Positions 16,135 to 25,806 of a DNA stretch of 39,118 bases are shown piece by piece. The stretch's first letter is position 1. Every line of letters begins with the position of its first letter. The notes under the pieces are model-generated. The model was given only the letters and a program-made list of their open reading frames with translations. It made no database searches and was not told the origin of the DNA. Origin of the DNA: a virus (taxonomy: Duplodnaviria; Caudoviricetes); the IMG/VR virus record IMGVR_UViG_3300034341_000337, positions 1 through 39,118 of that record; one strand, 5' to 3'. The position numbers and the translations under genes were made by a program.

Positions 16135-18612
16135 TTATTGTCCTTGAATCGGTTGTCCGTCTCTCATTCCAGAGCCGCCTTGTGTGGGTAAGGAAACAGT
16201 TAAACCTCTAGGGGGCTGATCTTCAGATTTCTCTTCTTCCGGCCCTTGCTTTGCCGCCGCAATAGCAGAAACAATAAATGCTCTTGGGTCTCTTATGCCA
16301 TTTAATTTAGACCATTTTTTAAATGTAGAGTTACTTGCAAGGGCGTCTATTTGCTCTTGAGGTACAGCACCTGTTTCAATAACTTTTGTCATCATATTTT
16401 GGAAAGGTTGACTAGCAAACATTTCCCCAACCAAGTCAACTGTTTGCTTTCTTGCCTTAGAAGCTAATACATTAAATGCTCCTAAAGCAAGTGTACCAAA
16501 TAGCCATCCACCTCCAGCAGTCCCCGCAGCAAACGCACCAGCTCTAGCCGCAGTTCTGCCACCTACGCTATTAAAAAAAACTGAGAACAATCCTTGAGTC
16601 TGAAGACTTCGCGCCTTTAGAACTTGAACATTTTCTCGGCCTGTTTTTTCAATAGCTTCCTGTGAATTAGCAATTCTTCTTGATAAAATTGATAATTTAT
16701 TTAGCGTATTCATTTGTGAAGGCGTAAAATTCTGGATGTAAATTTTATAAACTTCAGATTGACTTTTAATTTTATCCCAAGAATCAGCAAAATTTTTAAA
16801 ACTAAAATTTCCTTCGGAATCTTTAGACATCTTCAACAAAGAAGACGCTAGTACTTGTGACTTTTTCTCAGGAGATTGAACCGCGTTAAGCAACCTTGTT
16901 ATATCAGAAGTATCACCTTTTTGTGCGCCTTCAGTGCCTATTCTTGTCAATTTAGATGCGATGCTTCCATTTTTGTCAGATCCAAAAAGATTAGCTATGT
17001 CGTCTTGAACGCTTTTCTTTCTAACAACCATTTCATCAGCTAAAGTAAGATCATCCAGGAAGTCATCACCTGCAAATCTTGAAATAGCTTCTCTATAATC
17101 ATTTTTAATAGCTTGATATACTAACCCAAGCTCACGCCCTGTTATGCTTGAAAAGCCATTAGGATCTGATTTTGACCACTTATTGCCTATTTGGCTTTTG
17201 AGCGAAAACAGTGTTGAAATTGATACTGGTTTGGCCTCTTGTTTTTCAGATCCAAAAAATCTTTTATAAAGGCTTAAAAGCCCAGGATTCATGTCTGTTT
17301 CAGGGTCAGCAGTTATAAAACGATTATATTCTTCTTGTAATAATTTTTTTAAATTTGGCGCATCGACCACAGTTTGTTCTGGGACTTGTTCGTTTATTTT
17401 ATCGTATATTTTTGATGATTTCTGAACAAGATCTCTTTCAATGTCAGAAAGCTCTTTATATACAGATCTGCTGACTTCAGAAATATCTTCGCTTGCCCCT
17501 AAATTAGTCATTAAGTCATCTGCTTTTGTAGACGCTAATTTAATGTCCTCATAAAATTCGTTTTTGATATCTGTTCCTGTTTTAGAACGAGCTATACCAG
17601 CAGCAGTTATGATTTCCGCACTGTCACTCAAAACGTCTTCTGGAACTGATATTCCTAATTCTACAGAGGCTTGCTTTGCCTCCAAATTTGTTTTTGCAAG
17701 ATTTGCTAAAGATTGCTGCGCTCTAGAATTTCCTCTGGCAGCGTTAATTATAATGTCTTGCCCTTCTTCAGACAAAACAACAGCTTTAGGCGCATCTCTA
17801 GTTGTTGGTGGAGGAATAACGTCTTCTTCTGCCGCTCTAACAGCAGGAGATGGTGCGTCGTCGGCTAAACTAGGAGGCGCTGGCTCGTCGGGTGCAAGGC
17901 GAGGAGAGGGAGTTCTGGGTCGCATAAAAGGCGCTCCACCAGCCAAACCTCCTGCTAAACCTGCTGCTAATTGAAGGCCAGCGCCACCACCCATTTCAGC
18001 AGCAGTTTCTGCCGCAACAGCTCCGGTGGCGGCACTAGCAAGTTGCGCCGTAGGAGAATCGGCTAAAGCACGACCTATAGATTCTCTGGCAGTAGTAGGG
18101 GCCATCCCAGCTTGCGCTCTAGTTGCTCCCTGCGCTCCCATTAAAGCCTTTCCTGCTTGTAAAGTAGGTGGAACACCTGTTGCCGCCGAAGCCGCTGTTC
18201 CAGCCAACTGCTCCGCAACTGTATCAGGCTCTTCAACGCCAAACTCAGTTAGCATTTTATTCAATGCTTCTGTAGGAGAACCAATGTTAGTTCCAAAAAG
18301 ATAATTTGTCAGATTAACCAGAGGATCAGCTACAAGTTGAGCGCCGACACCAGCAGTAAATCCAGCACCAGCACCAGCTAGTGTCCCAACGCCGGGAACA
18401 ACGCTCCCAGCCGTAGCTCCCGCTGCTGTTGTTGCGGCAGGTAAAGCTAATTGCCTTGTAGCCGCCCCAATCATACCACTTGTTGTGGTTCTTGGGCGAT
18501 CTTGAGCTTGAAGTTTTTCTATTTCACCAGAAATAATAGCTACATGTGTTCTGTTTCCAGCTTCACTTGCTTTAGTTAGCATTTCTTGTAACTGCTCTAA
18601 AGAGTAAGCCAT
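16135..18612 (-). CDS. Large DNA ejection/transfer protein (P22 gp16-like position)
   Basis: Ala/Gly-rich hydrophobic N- and C-terminal stretches, helical body; third ejection gene by synteny. Confidence 0.65.
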   Translation of the reverse strand: MAYSLEQLQEMLTKASEAGNRTHVAIISGEIEKLQAQDRPRTTTSGMIGAATRQLALPAATTAAGATAGSVVPGVGTLAGAGAGFTAGVGAQLVADPLVNLTNYLFGTNIGSPTEALNKMLTEFGVEEPDTVAEQLAGTAASAATGVPPTLQAGKALMGAQGATRAQAGMAPTTARESIGRALADSPTAQLASAATGAVAAETAAEMGGGAGLQLAAGLAGGLAGGAPFMRPRTPSPRLAPDEPAPPSLADDAPSPAVRAAEEDVIPPPTTRDAPKAVVLSEEGQDIIINAARGNSRAQQSLANLAKTNLEAKQASVELGISVPEDVLSDSAEIITAAGIARSKTGTDIKNEFYEDIKLASTKADDLMTNLGASEDISEVSRSVYKELSDIERDLVQKSSKIYDKINEQVPEQTVVDAPNLKKLLQEEYNRFITADPETDMNPGLLSLYKRFFGSEKQEAKPVSISTLFSLKSQIGNKWSKSDPNGFSSITGRELGLVYQAIKNDYREAISRFAGDDFLDDLTLADEMVVRKKSVQDDIANLFGSDKNGSIASKLTRIGTEGAQKGDTSDITRLLNAVQSPEKKSQVLASSLLKMSKDSEGNFSFKNFADSWDKIKSQSEVYKIYIQNFTPSQMNTLNKLSILSRRIANSQEAIEKTGRENVQVLKARSLQTQGLFSVFFNSVGGRTAARAGAFAAGTAGGGWLFGTLALGAFNVLASKARKQTVDLVGEMFASQPFQNMMTKVIETGAVPQEQIDALASNSTFKKWSKLNGIRDPRAFIVSAIAAAKQGPEEEKSEDQPPRGLTVSLPTQGGSGMRDGQPIQGQ

Positions 18613-18622
18613 CCAAAAAACC

Positions 18623-20023
18623 TTATTCTGATGTTACATTATAAATAGAGGCCATATCATCTAACATATCTTCTCTATCATTTGGGTCTAAGTTGATATA
18701 CTCAAATAGCGTTTTTAATTCTTCAACAGTTTGTTCCATTTCAGGAGTCCAACCCTCCCCAGCTCTAGCTTGTGAGTCTGTTATTAAACGAATTGTTCTT
18801 TCTTGCTTGTCTCGAACTGTTTCCGGTGAGTCATTATACCGAGGCATTATAGTCAACAATTGGTCTTTATATTGCTGACTCGTTACACCAGCACCAGTTG
18901 ACAGCCAAATAGCTGATCCTAATATCGCTGTGTATGCGTTCACAACTCTTTGTCGTTCTGATAAATTACGCATCCCTCTATAAGCCTCACCAGCTCCAAT
19001 CATATTAGCGAAAGCTTCTCCGCCTCCAGGTCTAGCTGCCCTAGGATTTTCGATCAGTGCATTAGCAATGTCTGATATATTCTGACTCATGCTTTCCATG
19101 TGCGATGCTGCTCTGGCTTCGTCTTCTCTTAATTCAGGAGCGGCGTTTGCAGCTTCCAGAGCATTTAATTCTATTTGTCCTGTTTGCGCATAAGTTAATT
19201 CAATTTGCGCGTTCATAAGTTGGTTTTCTAACTGCTGAGAAACTGGAAGATTCCTTGCTGTGATTTCAGCAATAGCAGCGTTAGTTTCTGTTAATTGCGC
19301 TTCCGCAGCGCTCTTTTGTTCTGCAAATTCTGCTTGGGCTTCAAAAATATCTGCTTGTGCTTCGAGGCTACGAAGGTCAAGCTTAGATTTAGGACTAAAA
19401 TATTCGTCCATTACTGCATTTTGTTCTGCATTTCCAAATTTAGCAGCTCCCAATCTTGCCTGCACTGCAATGTAGGCTGGGCCAAAAACATCTAATGCTT
19501 GTCTATGGCCTTGAAACATTCTTTGCATGTCTGGATTATCTTCTGTCGCAGCTATTCTTTCATCAAGAAAATTTTCTAGCATACTAGTATCACCAGTTTC
19601 GATTGCTTCTGTAGCAATAAAAGCCGCTTGAGAGTAGGCATTAAAAGATCTTGTGTTTTCTTCCTCTGTTTGCCTTTCCAACTGTTGTTGAAGAGGGCCA
19701 GCTATAGTTGGAAACCGTGCAATTACATTTTTAATGCGATCTTGAGAAACATATTCATTGTTGTTTAGATCTTCATATATGGCTGATACTAAGCCTCTAC
19801 CTTCGGCAATACGATTTTGTTCTGCTGTTACTATATCCATGCGCTGTTGAGCTTCTGACATTTCAAGCTCAGTAGCTCTTCTTTGAAGATCATCAGCTTC
19901 ACGCTGACGGCGCACCTCATCAAGCTGTTGCATCTGGCCAAAACCTGCCTGATAACCCTCCAGAGCCGCAGCCATAGGGTTCATAACCTGCATCTGGTAA
20001 TCAATTGGTGTAAGTCTTGCCAT
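18623..20023 (-). CDS. DNA ejection protein (P22 gp20-like position)
   Basis: PIDY...NP N-terminus, Q/E/A-rich helical sequence; synteny. Confidence 0.65.
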   Translation of the reverse strand: MARLTPIDYQMQVMNPMAAALEGYQAGFGQMQQLDEVRRQREADDLQRRATELEMSEAQQRMDIVTAEQNRIAEGRGLVSAIYEDLNNNEYVSQDRIKNVIARFPTIAGPLQQQLERQTEEENTRSFNAYSQAAFIATEAIETGDTSMLENFLDERIAATEDNPDMQRMFQGHRQALDVFGPAYIAVQARLGAAKFGNAEQNAVMDEYFSPKSKLDLRSLEAQADIFEAQAEFAEQKSAAEAQLTETNAAIAEITARNLPVSQQLENQLMNAQIELTYAQTGQIELNALEAANAAPELREDEARAASHMESMSQNISDIANALIENPRAARPGGGEAFANMIGAGEAYRGMRNLSERQRVVNAYTAILGSAIWLSTGAGVTSQQYKDQLLTIMPRYNDSPETVRDKQERTIRLITDSQARAGEGWTPEMEQTVEELKTLFEYINLDPNDREDMLDDMASIYNVTSE

Positions 20024-20033
20024 TTACTTGATC

Positions 20034-20699
20034 CTATCCACTGCCGCCGAAAGTGCGATTTCCAACATACATGCCAGCAGCTTGGCCAAATCCGCCTGCA
20101 ATATTACCCCACATGTTTGCCGCTGCCTGGCCTTGTGCGAGTTGTCCTTGTGCAAGAGCGGCCCCAAGATCAGCTTGCGTCTGAGCGATGCCGCCACTAA
20201 TTGCAGATCCTTGTGAAGCCTGCCTAGCAGCAGACGCTTGCCCAATACTGGTAATTCCACCAAGCCGCTGATATTGCTGATTTATAAGACCACTAAGAAC
20301 TTGCGGTCTGTATTGCGACAGAGCGCGTTGGACATTACCACCACGAAGCCCACCCGTTGCAGCAGCTTGCGATAAAATTGCTTCTTCGCCAGAGCGCACA
20401 AGCGCCTGATATTCTGGTCCTGCTTGTAAAGCCTGTATTTCTTGTTGTTGCGCCTCTGGCCCAGCTCCGCCTATTAACCTGAGTTGCTGTGAAAGGGTAT
20501 CTGTCCCAGCTTGCACATAAGGTTGGAACAGCTGCTGAACGACATCAAACTGACGTCGCTGCTCCTCTAAAGACGCTGCCGCACCCGCTTCCTGCGCCTC
20601 TGTAGCTCGTCGCGCTGCCGAGCTTTGCGCCCTCGCAGACTGTGATGCGCCTATGCCGCCAATGACTGCGGAGCCAATAATTGCTGATGCTACGCCCAT
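20034..20699 (-). CDS. DNA transfer protein, P22 gp7-like
   Basis: Gly/Ala/Gln-rich; PYVQAG and AAATGGLRGGN motifs. Confidence 0.82.
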   Translation of the reverse strand: MGVASAIIGSAVIGGIGASQSARAQSSAARRATEAQEAGAAASLEEQRRQFDVVQQLFQPYVQAGTDTLSQQLRLIGGAGPEAQQQEIQALQAGPEYQALVRSGEEAILSQAAATGGLRGGNVQRALSQYRPQVLSGLINQQYQRLGGITSIGQASAARQASQGSAISGGIAQTQADLGAALAQGQLAQGQAAANMWGNIAGGFGQAAGMYVGNRTFGGSG

Positions 20700-21175
20700 T
20701 AATTTACCTCCGCCAAATAAACGCGCTCAATTGGCTTTCCGCCAACACGTTCGTACAACTTACTTAAATTCTTCATATTCATTTGATCGGTTAGCACAAG
20801 TTGCGTTGCATCTTTTTGCTTTGCCCAATCTTTCATTGCCTTAAGTAATCTTAATCCTTGATTGGCGCTTTCAGAATATAAAAAAATTTCACTCGCCATA
20901 CGATGACCTGTCGCCAAATGATTACTAATTACTGCGGCAGACATCGCATCTTTTCCAATCCAAACGTCTGCAATGTCGCTATCAATGTAAGACTCAATCG
21001 TTGACGCAAAAAATTCATCATTAAAATCATGGTCATTATAAATCATCTGGCTGTGGAACGAGCGCCCTAAGTTTACCAGACTTGGTATGTCATCATTGAT
21101 CGCTAAACGAACCATTACATTACCTTTTGCACACGACACCTCACAATAACCCAAATGCTCTTCATTGCCAATCAT
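20699..21175 (-). CDS. GNAT-fold virion assembly protein
   Basis: VRLA..DDIP, G.RLLKAM.DWAK, LYER.G motifs; typical position before the gp7-like gene. Confidence 0.7.
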   Translation of the reverse strand: MIGNEEHLGYCEVSCAKGNVMVRLAINDDIPSLVNLGRSFHSQMIYNDHDFNDEFFASTIESYIDSDIADVWIGKDAMSAAVISNHLATGHRMASEIFLYSESANQGLRLLKAMKDWAKQKDATQLVLTDQMNMKNLSKLYERVGGKPIERVYLAEVN

Positions 21176-22149
21176 TGCTGAACCTGCGTTATTGAGATGA
21201 TGGCCGCTGGCGTTGCCGGAGCAAACGCTGTTGGCGCTTCATGGTGAATTGTTAGGGACGTATCATCGACCGCAAACATGACCTCCATATAGTCATTTGC
21301 GTGTAGGCTAAAGAAGTCAGACTTGGCGACATGCACCGCGCCATTGTTGATGTCGTCGGTGACTTGAGTGGCGCTGTTTGGCACGTTTACGCCATTCCTG
21401 CGGAACCAGATATACATCTTCTTCGCGCTAGAACTGCTTGATATAAGCTGTAAGTTCACGTCTATCTTGTACAGCCCCGCATGTGCCACGATCATTCTAC
21501 TAGCTGGTGTTCCTATTGTAACGCCGTGGCTGATCTCCGTATTTGTCAACAAAAGTGCCACGGGACTATTTGTTAGGGACGCAGATTGATCATTTAATTT
21601 GGTAAACTGACCGTAGTATTTGTTCTGTTCTAAGGTGGGTCTGACAAGCAGAACGCCTGATGTTGCGCTATTACTAAGGACAGCCGCCACGGGTATCACA
21701 TTGTTAGGCGCTGTCGGCTTAACATTAGTCAGACCGCCGGCATGTGTCGGGCTTGCATATAATATGTCGCCGTTTGACCATGTTTCACTGACGGAAGATC
21801 CGCTTGCATTTATGCCCTTAAGCTCACCAAACGTCATTGCCCGTCCGGTTTGACCGTTGGGTATATTGGCCATGACAACGCCGATGAAATAGATATTTTG
21901 CTTCGTGCCGTCTGCTATGTACTTCTCGACTTCAACGACTGCGCTTGTGCCGACTTGCTTAAACGACACAACGTCACCAGCTTGCAGTGCCGCGCCCGTA
22001 TTATTCAAAACGCTGATATAGCTTGTGTGACTGACGCCGGGGTCGATCTCACTGATTGTACGAAACAGATCCTCAAAAGCGTTAATAGCCTCTGAATCAT
22101 TGTTTACAATGTCAGCTATCTGTATCCTGCTCAGTTCTATCTCTGCCAT
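21172..22149 (-). CDS. Tail-associated structural protein
   Basis: LSR.QIA...I.AFE.LF N-terminus and beta-rich modules; follows the gp10-like gene. Confidence 0.65.
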   Translation of the reverse strand: MAEIELSRIQIADIVNNDSEAINAFEDLFRTISEIDPGVSHTSYISVLNNTGAALQAGDVVSFKQVGTSAVVEVEKYIADGTKQNIYFIGVVMANIPNGQTGRAMTFGELKGINASGSSVSETWSNGDILYASPTHAGGLTNVKPTAPNNVIPVAAVLSNSATSGVLLVRPTLEQNKYYGQFTKLNDQSASLTNSPVALLLTNTEISHGVTIGTPASRMIVAHAGLYKIDVNLQLISSSSSAKKMYIWFRRNGVNVPNSATQVTDDINNGAVHVAKSDFFSLHANDYMEVMFAVDDTSLTIHHEAPTAFAPATPAAIISITQVQQ

Positions 22150-23558
22150 TAGAACCTCAACGGCTCTAACCGCGCCTCTAGTGCAGAAACCGTTATGAAG
22201 GCGTCAGAAGTGCCTCTGAAGCGTTGCCCTCTAAAGTTCTGCATCTTACCCATACCAACCCAGCGAAGGCGCTTGTCGCGCTGCCCTGACTTGCCAGCAA
22301 GGATTGTCTTAGGCTGTGACCAGTTCAGACCATCCAGCGTGTACTCTGTGGATATTCTGGGATCTTTGCCGACTGTGGTGCGTCCCGTCAGAGCTATCAG
22401 CTCAAGCTCGTGGACGATAGCACCGCGTCCCTCATTGTATAGGAACTGTGTGGTAAACTCCCAGCGCACAGGTTCGCCCCAATGCTCTGACTCTTCTGCT
22501 GACAAGTAGCCGATCTTGTTTGTGGCGGTGTCGCAGACGTTCCATCGATCATAAGCCCATGTAAGGTCTGTAGCGCGATAAGGCTCAATCTTGTTGAGAC
22601 CGGAAGACAGTTTGAACCATACGGGGAATTGCAGCACCTGACTTGCGGCTGCGTCAAATACAAGTGTGAAGCTGCCGGGTAGTGTGATGTGTAGGTGCTG
22701 GTGGCTTCGATCCACACGGGTACTCATAATGATGCGCGACAGCTCTTCCTCGCTATACTCTGCAAGAATGTCGTCAATTTCGCGTGTGCTGATTTTCTGC
22801 GTCTGTCCGCCCTTTGCGGCGATGTAGACAGCAGGGGCTTCATTGATGCCAGAACCCACAAAGGTAATCTGCTCCATGAATACGGTGCAGGCTTTGTTAC
22901 CTATTGTGCCTTTTTCAATCTGCGCTCCCGATATACGCTGAAAAGGAAAGCCAGCAGAGCCTGTGTTACGGAACACTTCGATTGTGTTTCGGTTCATGGC
23001 GTAGACTTCGTTACGCAGCTTCAGCAGGGCAACGATAGGGTCAGGTGAGATTTCCGACGAGCCGTATTTTAGCGGGTCAACGGAAAAGGGATCATTAAGT
23101 TCTGTGACAACGAGAAACTCGCCGTCTGTGGTCATGAAATAACCATCAATGAAGATAACGTCTTTGGCCGCGCCAAGGTCTACATCTGTCACCTGACGCA
23201 ACACACTGCCATCATAGAGCCATAGCTGGTCGTTTGACGTAATGGCGAGATGGGTGAACGAGTTCGTCATAGTGACACGATTTGTGCCGCCTATGGTTCC
23301 AACGGTAACAACGTCACCTGTATTAGTAATGAAGACTAGATCGTTCCCCAGGACGCGGTAGAGAACGCCATTCCAGTTAATGCCGCCACGGTTCAGGCCC
23401 GTGCCTGTGCTTAGTGTTTTAATGCCGTCAGCAGGTCGCAGATATCCGTTGCTGATGCCTTGGCCCATTGGGACGGGAACCAGATTGACGGGATATTCGG
23501 TGCGAAAATCAGCAGAAGAATCTGTCGTGATACCCGAAAAGATCGGCACTCGAACCAT
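22149..23558 (-). CDS. Tail hub / DNA stabilisation protein, P22 gp10-like
   Basis: PVNL.P, DGYF, E.SPD.I, TIEVF.N.G, DG.NWS motifs; size and synteny. Confidence 0.88.
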   Translation of the reverse strand: MVRVPIFSGITTDSSADFRTEYPVNLVPVPMGQGISNGYLRPADGIKTLSTGTGLNRGGINWNGVLYRVLGNDLVFITNTGDVVTVGTIGGTNRVTMTNSFTHLAITSNDQLWLYDGSVLRQVTDVDLGAAKDVIFIDGYFMTTDGEFLVVTELNDPFSVDPLKYGSSEISPDPIVALLKLRNEVYAMNRNTIEVFRNTGSAGFPFQRISGAQIEKGTIGNKACTVFMEQITFVGSGINEAPAVYIAAKGGQTQKISTREIDDILAEYSEEELSRIIMSTRVDRSHQHLHITLPGSFTLVFDAAASQVLQFPVWFKLSSGLNKIEPYRATDLTWAYDRWNVCDTATNKIGYLSAEESEHWGEPVRWEFTTQFLYNEGRGAIVHELELIALTGRTTVGKDPRISTEYTLDGLNWSQPKTILAGKSGQRDKRLRWVGMGKMQNFRGQRFRGTSDAFITVSALEARLEPLRF

Positions 23559-24187
23559 TACAACACCTCTTCTCGTATCACCTGTAGATTATTGGCGGAC
23601 GCTAGGTGATCAACATGTGCGCTACCACGAAGAGCCACGTCGTCCACAACAGGATCGCTACTAACAAGTAAAACTGAACGAAGTCCATTGATGTCCTCCT
23701 CCGAATAGTTTTCCAGCATGGCTGTGATGTACTGATTGTAGATCGCTAGATCACGCTCGACCTCTTGTGCCTTTACCTGCGCCCATGCGCGTTCGCGTGT
23801 GGCAGCGTTGTAAGCGTTGATAGGCGCACGAATGGCAGTTAGCTGTTCGTGGTATGCAGCCTTGTCAGCCTCAAAGGTTTCGCTTTCAGCGTCAGGATAG
23901 ATAAGGGCAGCTTCCGCTGTGGCAAGGGCTTCATATTGCTCCTCTGTAAGCGGCGTAGGCTCGTCAGGAATGGTTGGCACCTCATCTGGCTGTCCTGTTA
24001 CCAGCCACAGGAAATGCTTACGAGCGGTGGCGTGCAGCCCTTTATGTGTAGGTTCGCCTGTACCATCAGCGGATAGCGGGATGGAGAACCCAGCCTTGTA
24101 GCCAATGGAACCTGCCATCTGGTCAACCGCGTCTATCTGATCGACAGGGCAGATGATTACGAGGGATCGAACTGTGTATTCGGTCAT
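23558..24187 (-). CDS. Hypothetical tail-associated protein (209 aa)
   Basis: ATGA overlap with the upstream stop gives start 24187; F..PLSADG..EPTH.G motif. Confidence 0.7.
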   Translation of the reverse strand: MTEYTVRSLVIICPVDQIDAVDQMAGSIGYKAGFSIPLSADGTGEPTHKGLHATARKHFLWLVTGQPDEVPTIPDEPTPLTEEQYEALATAEAALIYPDAESETFEADKAAYHEQLTAIRAPINAYNAATRERAWAQVKAQEVERDLAIYNQYITAMLENYSEEDINGLRSVLLVSSDPVVDDVALRGSAHVDHLASANNLQVIREEVL

Positions 24188-25806
24188 GAGGTTTTCTTTC
24201 CTATCATGAAGTTTTCTAAGAGATCGCGGCCACGACCATCGAGGCGGGTGTCCACTGCGGCCCATGCGTAGAGGCGGCCTGTGGAGTTGTAATTAGAGTT
24301 TGAATATTCACCACCAATGTAGAAGCCGCTGGATGCCCATGTTGAACTTGCCGAAAGATCTGCTTCCTCCACACCAATAGTATGGTCTGTATTGTCTACA
24401 AGAGCCGTAAAAAGGTCACCGCGATTGGCATAGGAAGGTATTACGCCGTCCTCTCGATATACAGGGGAGCCTACAGAGCTGTTTGAGACTGTGGTGGTTC
24501 CGCTCGTATCTGCTGCAAGAATAAAAGGCCCCAAATTCGTCCCAAACATAACCTGCTGCACATCCGTCGTATCCCCACGGAACGTCTTATACAGCGTTGC
24601 ATTACTTGAGGCTGCAATCGTATCGGCATCTAGGATTAGATTGTCATCCGCACCGTCAAAGTCGAGGTAATATCCCGTGTCAGGATGGTTCTCGTCATAG
24701 GTTGCATCCCCGAAGTGCCAAGTGACACCCGACTGAACAGACTGCTGGGACCATGCGCGGAGGATGTTGTTGTATTCCTGCGTGGAAAGGGCGTTGTTGG
24801 CACCACTGAGGAAACTTGTTCCGTTAGTTACACTTGAGACATCCCAGCCGCTAATCTGAAGGCCGGTGAGGCTAAGGCAGCCGTTGAACATCGACGACAT
24901 ATTGGTAACGCTAGAGGTATCGAACCCTGAGACGTCCAGAGATGTTAGGCCGGAGCAGACCGAGAACATTCCAGACATAGTCGTAACACTAGATGTGTTG
25001 AACCCAGAAAGATCCAAGGATGTTAGGCTAGAGCAACTTTGGAACATTGACGACATATTCGTAACGCTAGACACATCAAAACCAGAGACATTTAAGGATG
25101 TTAGGCTAGAGCAGTTTCGGAACATATTCCGCATATTCGTAACACTCGAAGTATCAAAACCAGAGACATTTAAAGATGTTAGGCTGGAGCAGCCTTGGAA
25201 CATCTCCCGCATATTCGAAACGCTAGACACATCAAAACCAGAGACGTCCAAGGATGTTAAGCCGGAGCAGTTGAGGAACATCCGGAACATATTCAAAACA
25301 CTGGATGTATCAAAGCCAGAAAGATCCAAAGATGTTAAGCTGGCGCAGCTTTGGAACATATAGGTCATGTTCGTAACACTGGATGTGTCAAAGCCAGAAA
25401 GATCCAAAGATGTTAAGCTGGAGCAGTTGAGGAACATCTGCTGCATAGTCGTAACACCAGACGTATCCGCTGTACCACCATCAAACGCTGTCATATTGGA
25501 GCAGCCATAGAAGGCTCTATCCAAACGTGTCCACCCGACATCCCCGAGGTCCACCACCTCATCTACCAGCAGTCGGTCCCCGCCGTTGTTGAAGTAAATA
25601 TTCGGGAACGTCCCCGTGATCGTGATGGTGTATTGCCCCGCCGTTGCATAGCTGTGGGCTAGGTCTGCATCATTGTAAGCTGTGATACTGGAGGTTGGCC
25701 CACCGTCGCCCCAGTCAATCGTAGCGTTGAATGTGCCTACGTTCTGACAGGGGATCGTGAAGGTCTGAGGGCTTCCGGTGGTGGTGATCTTGAAGATAAA
25801 GGCCAT
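24184..25806 (-). CDS. PKD-like plus BspA/DUF285-type leucine-rich repeat protein fused to the C-half of a tail lectin-like domain
   Basis: DWGDG motif; 8 x 26-aa DTSSVTNM..MF..CSSLTSLD.SGF repeats; YYLDFDGADD. Confidence 0.85.
   Translation of the reverse strand: MAFIFKITTTGSPQTFTIPCQNVGTFNATIDWGDGGPTSSITAYNDADLAHSYATAGQYTITITGTFPNIYFNNGGDRLLVDEVVDLGDVGWTRLDRAFYGCSNMTAFDGGTADTSGVTTMQQMFLNCSSLTSLDLSGFDTSSVTNMTYMFQSCASLTSLDLSGFDTSSVLNMFRMFLNCSGLTSLDVSGFDVSSVSNMREMFQGCSSLTSLNVSGFDTSSVTNMRNMFRNCSSLTSLNVSGFDVSSVTNMSSMFQSCSSLTSLDLSGFNTSSVTTMSGMFSVCSGLTSLDVSGFDTSSVTNMSSMFNGCLSLTGLQISGWDVSSVTNGTSFLSGANNALSTQEYNNILRAWSQQSVQSGVTWHFGDATYDENHPDTGYYLDFDGADDNLILDADTIAASSNATLYKTFRGDTTDVQQVMFGTNLGPFILAADTSGTTTVSNSSVGSPVYREDGVIPSYANRGDLFTALVDNTDHTIGVEEADLSASSTWASSGFYIGGEYSNSNYNSTGRLYAWAAVDTRLDGRGRDLLENFMIGKKTS
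24844..25467 (-). repeat. Eight degenerate 78-bp coding tandem repeats (LRR)
   Basis: 78-nt periodicity, e.g. recurring GATGTTA(A/G)GC on the + strand. Confidence 0.9.

Noticed and set aside
24844-25467. Regularly spaced repeats suggestive of a CRISPR array or a DGR template/variable pair
   Set aside because: The 78-nt period is in frame, varies at wobble positions and encodes LRRs; there are no unique spacers and no reverse transcriptase gene.
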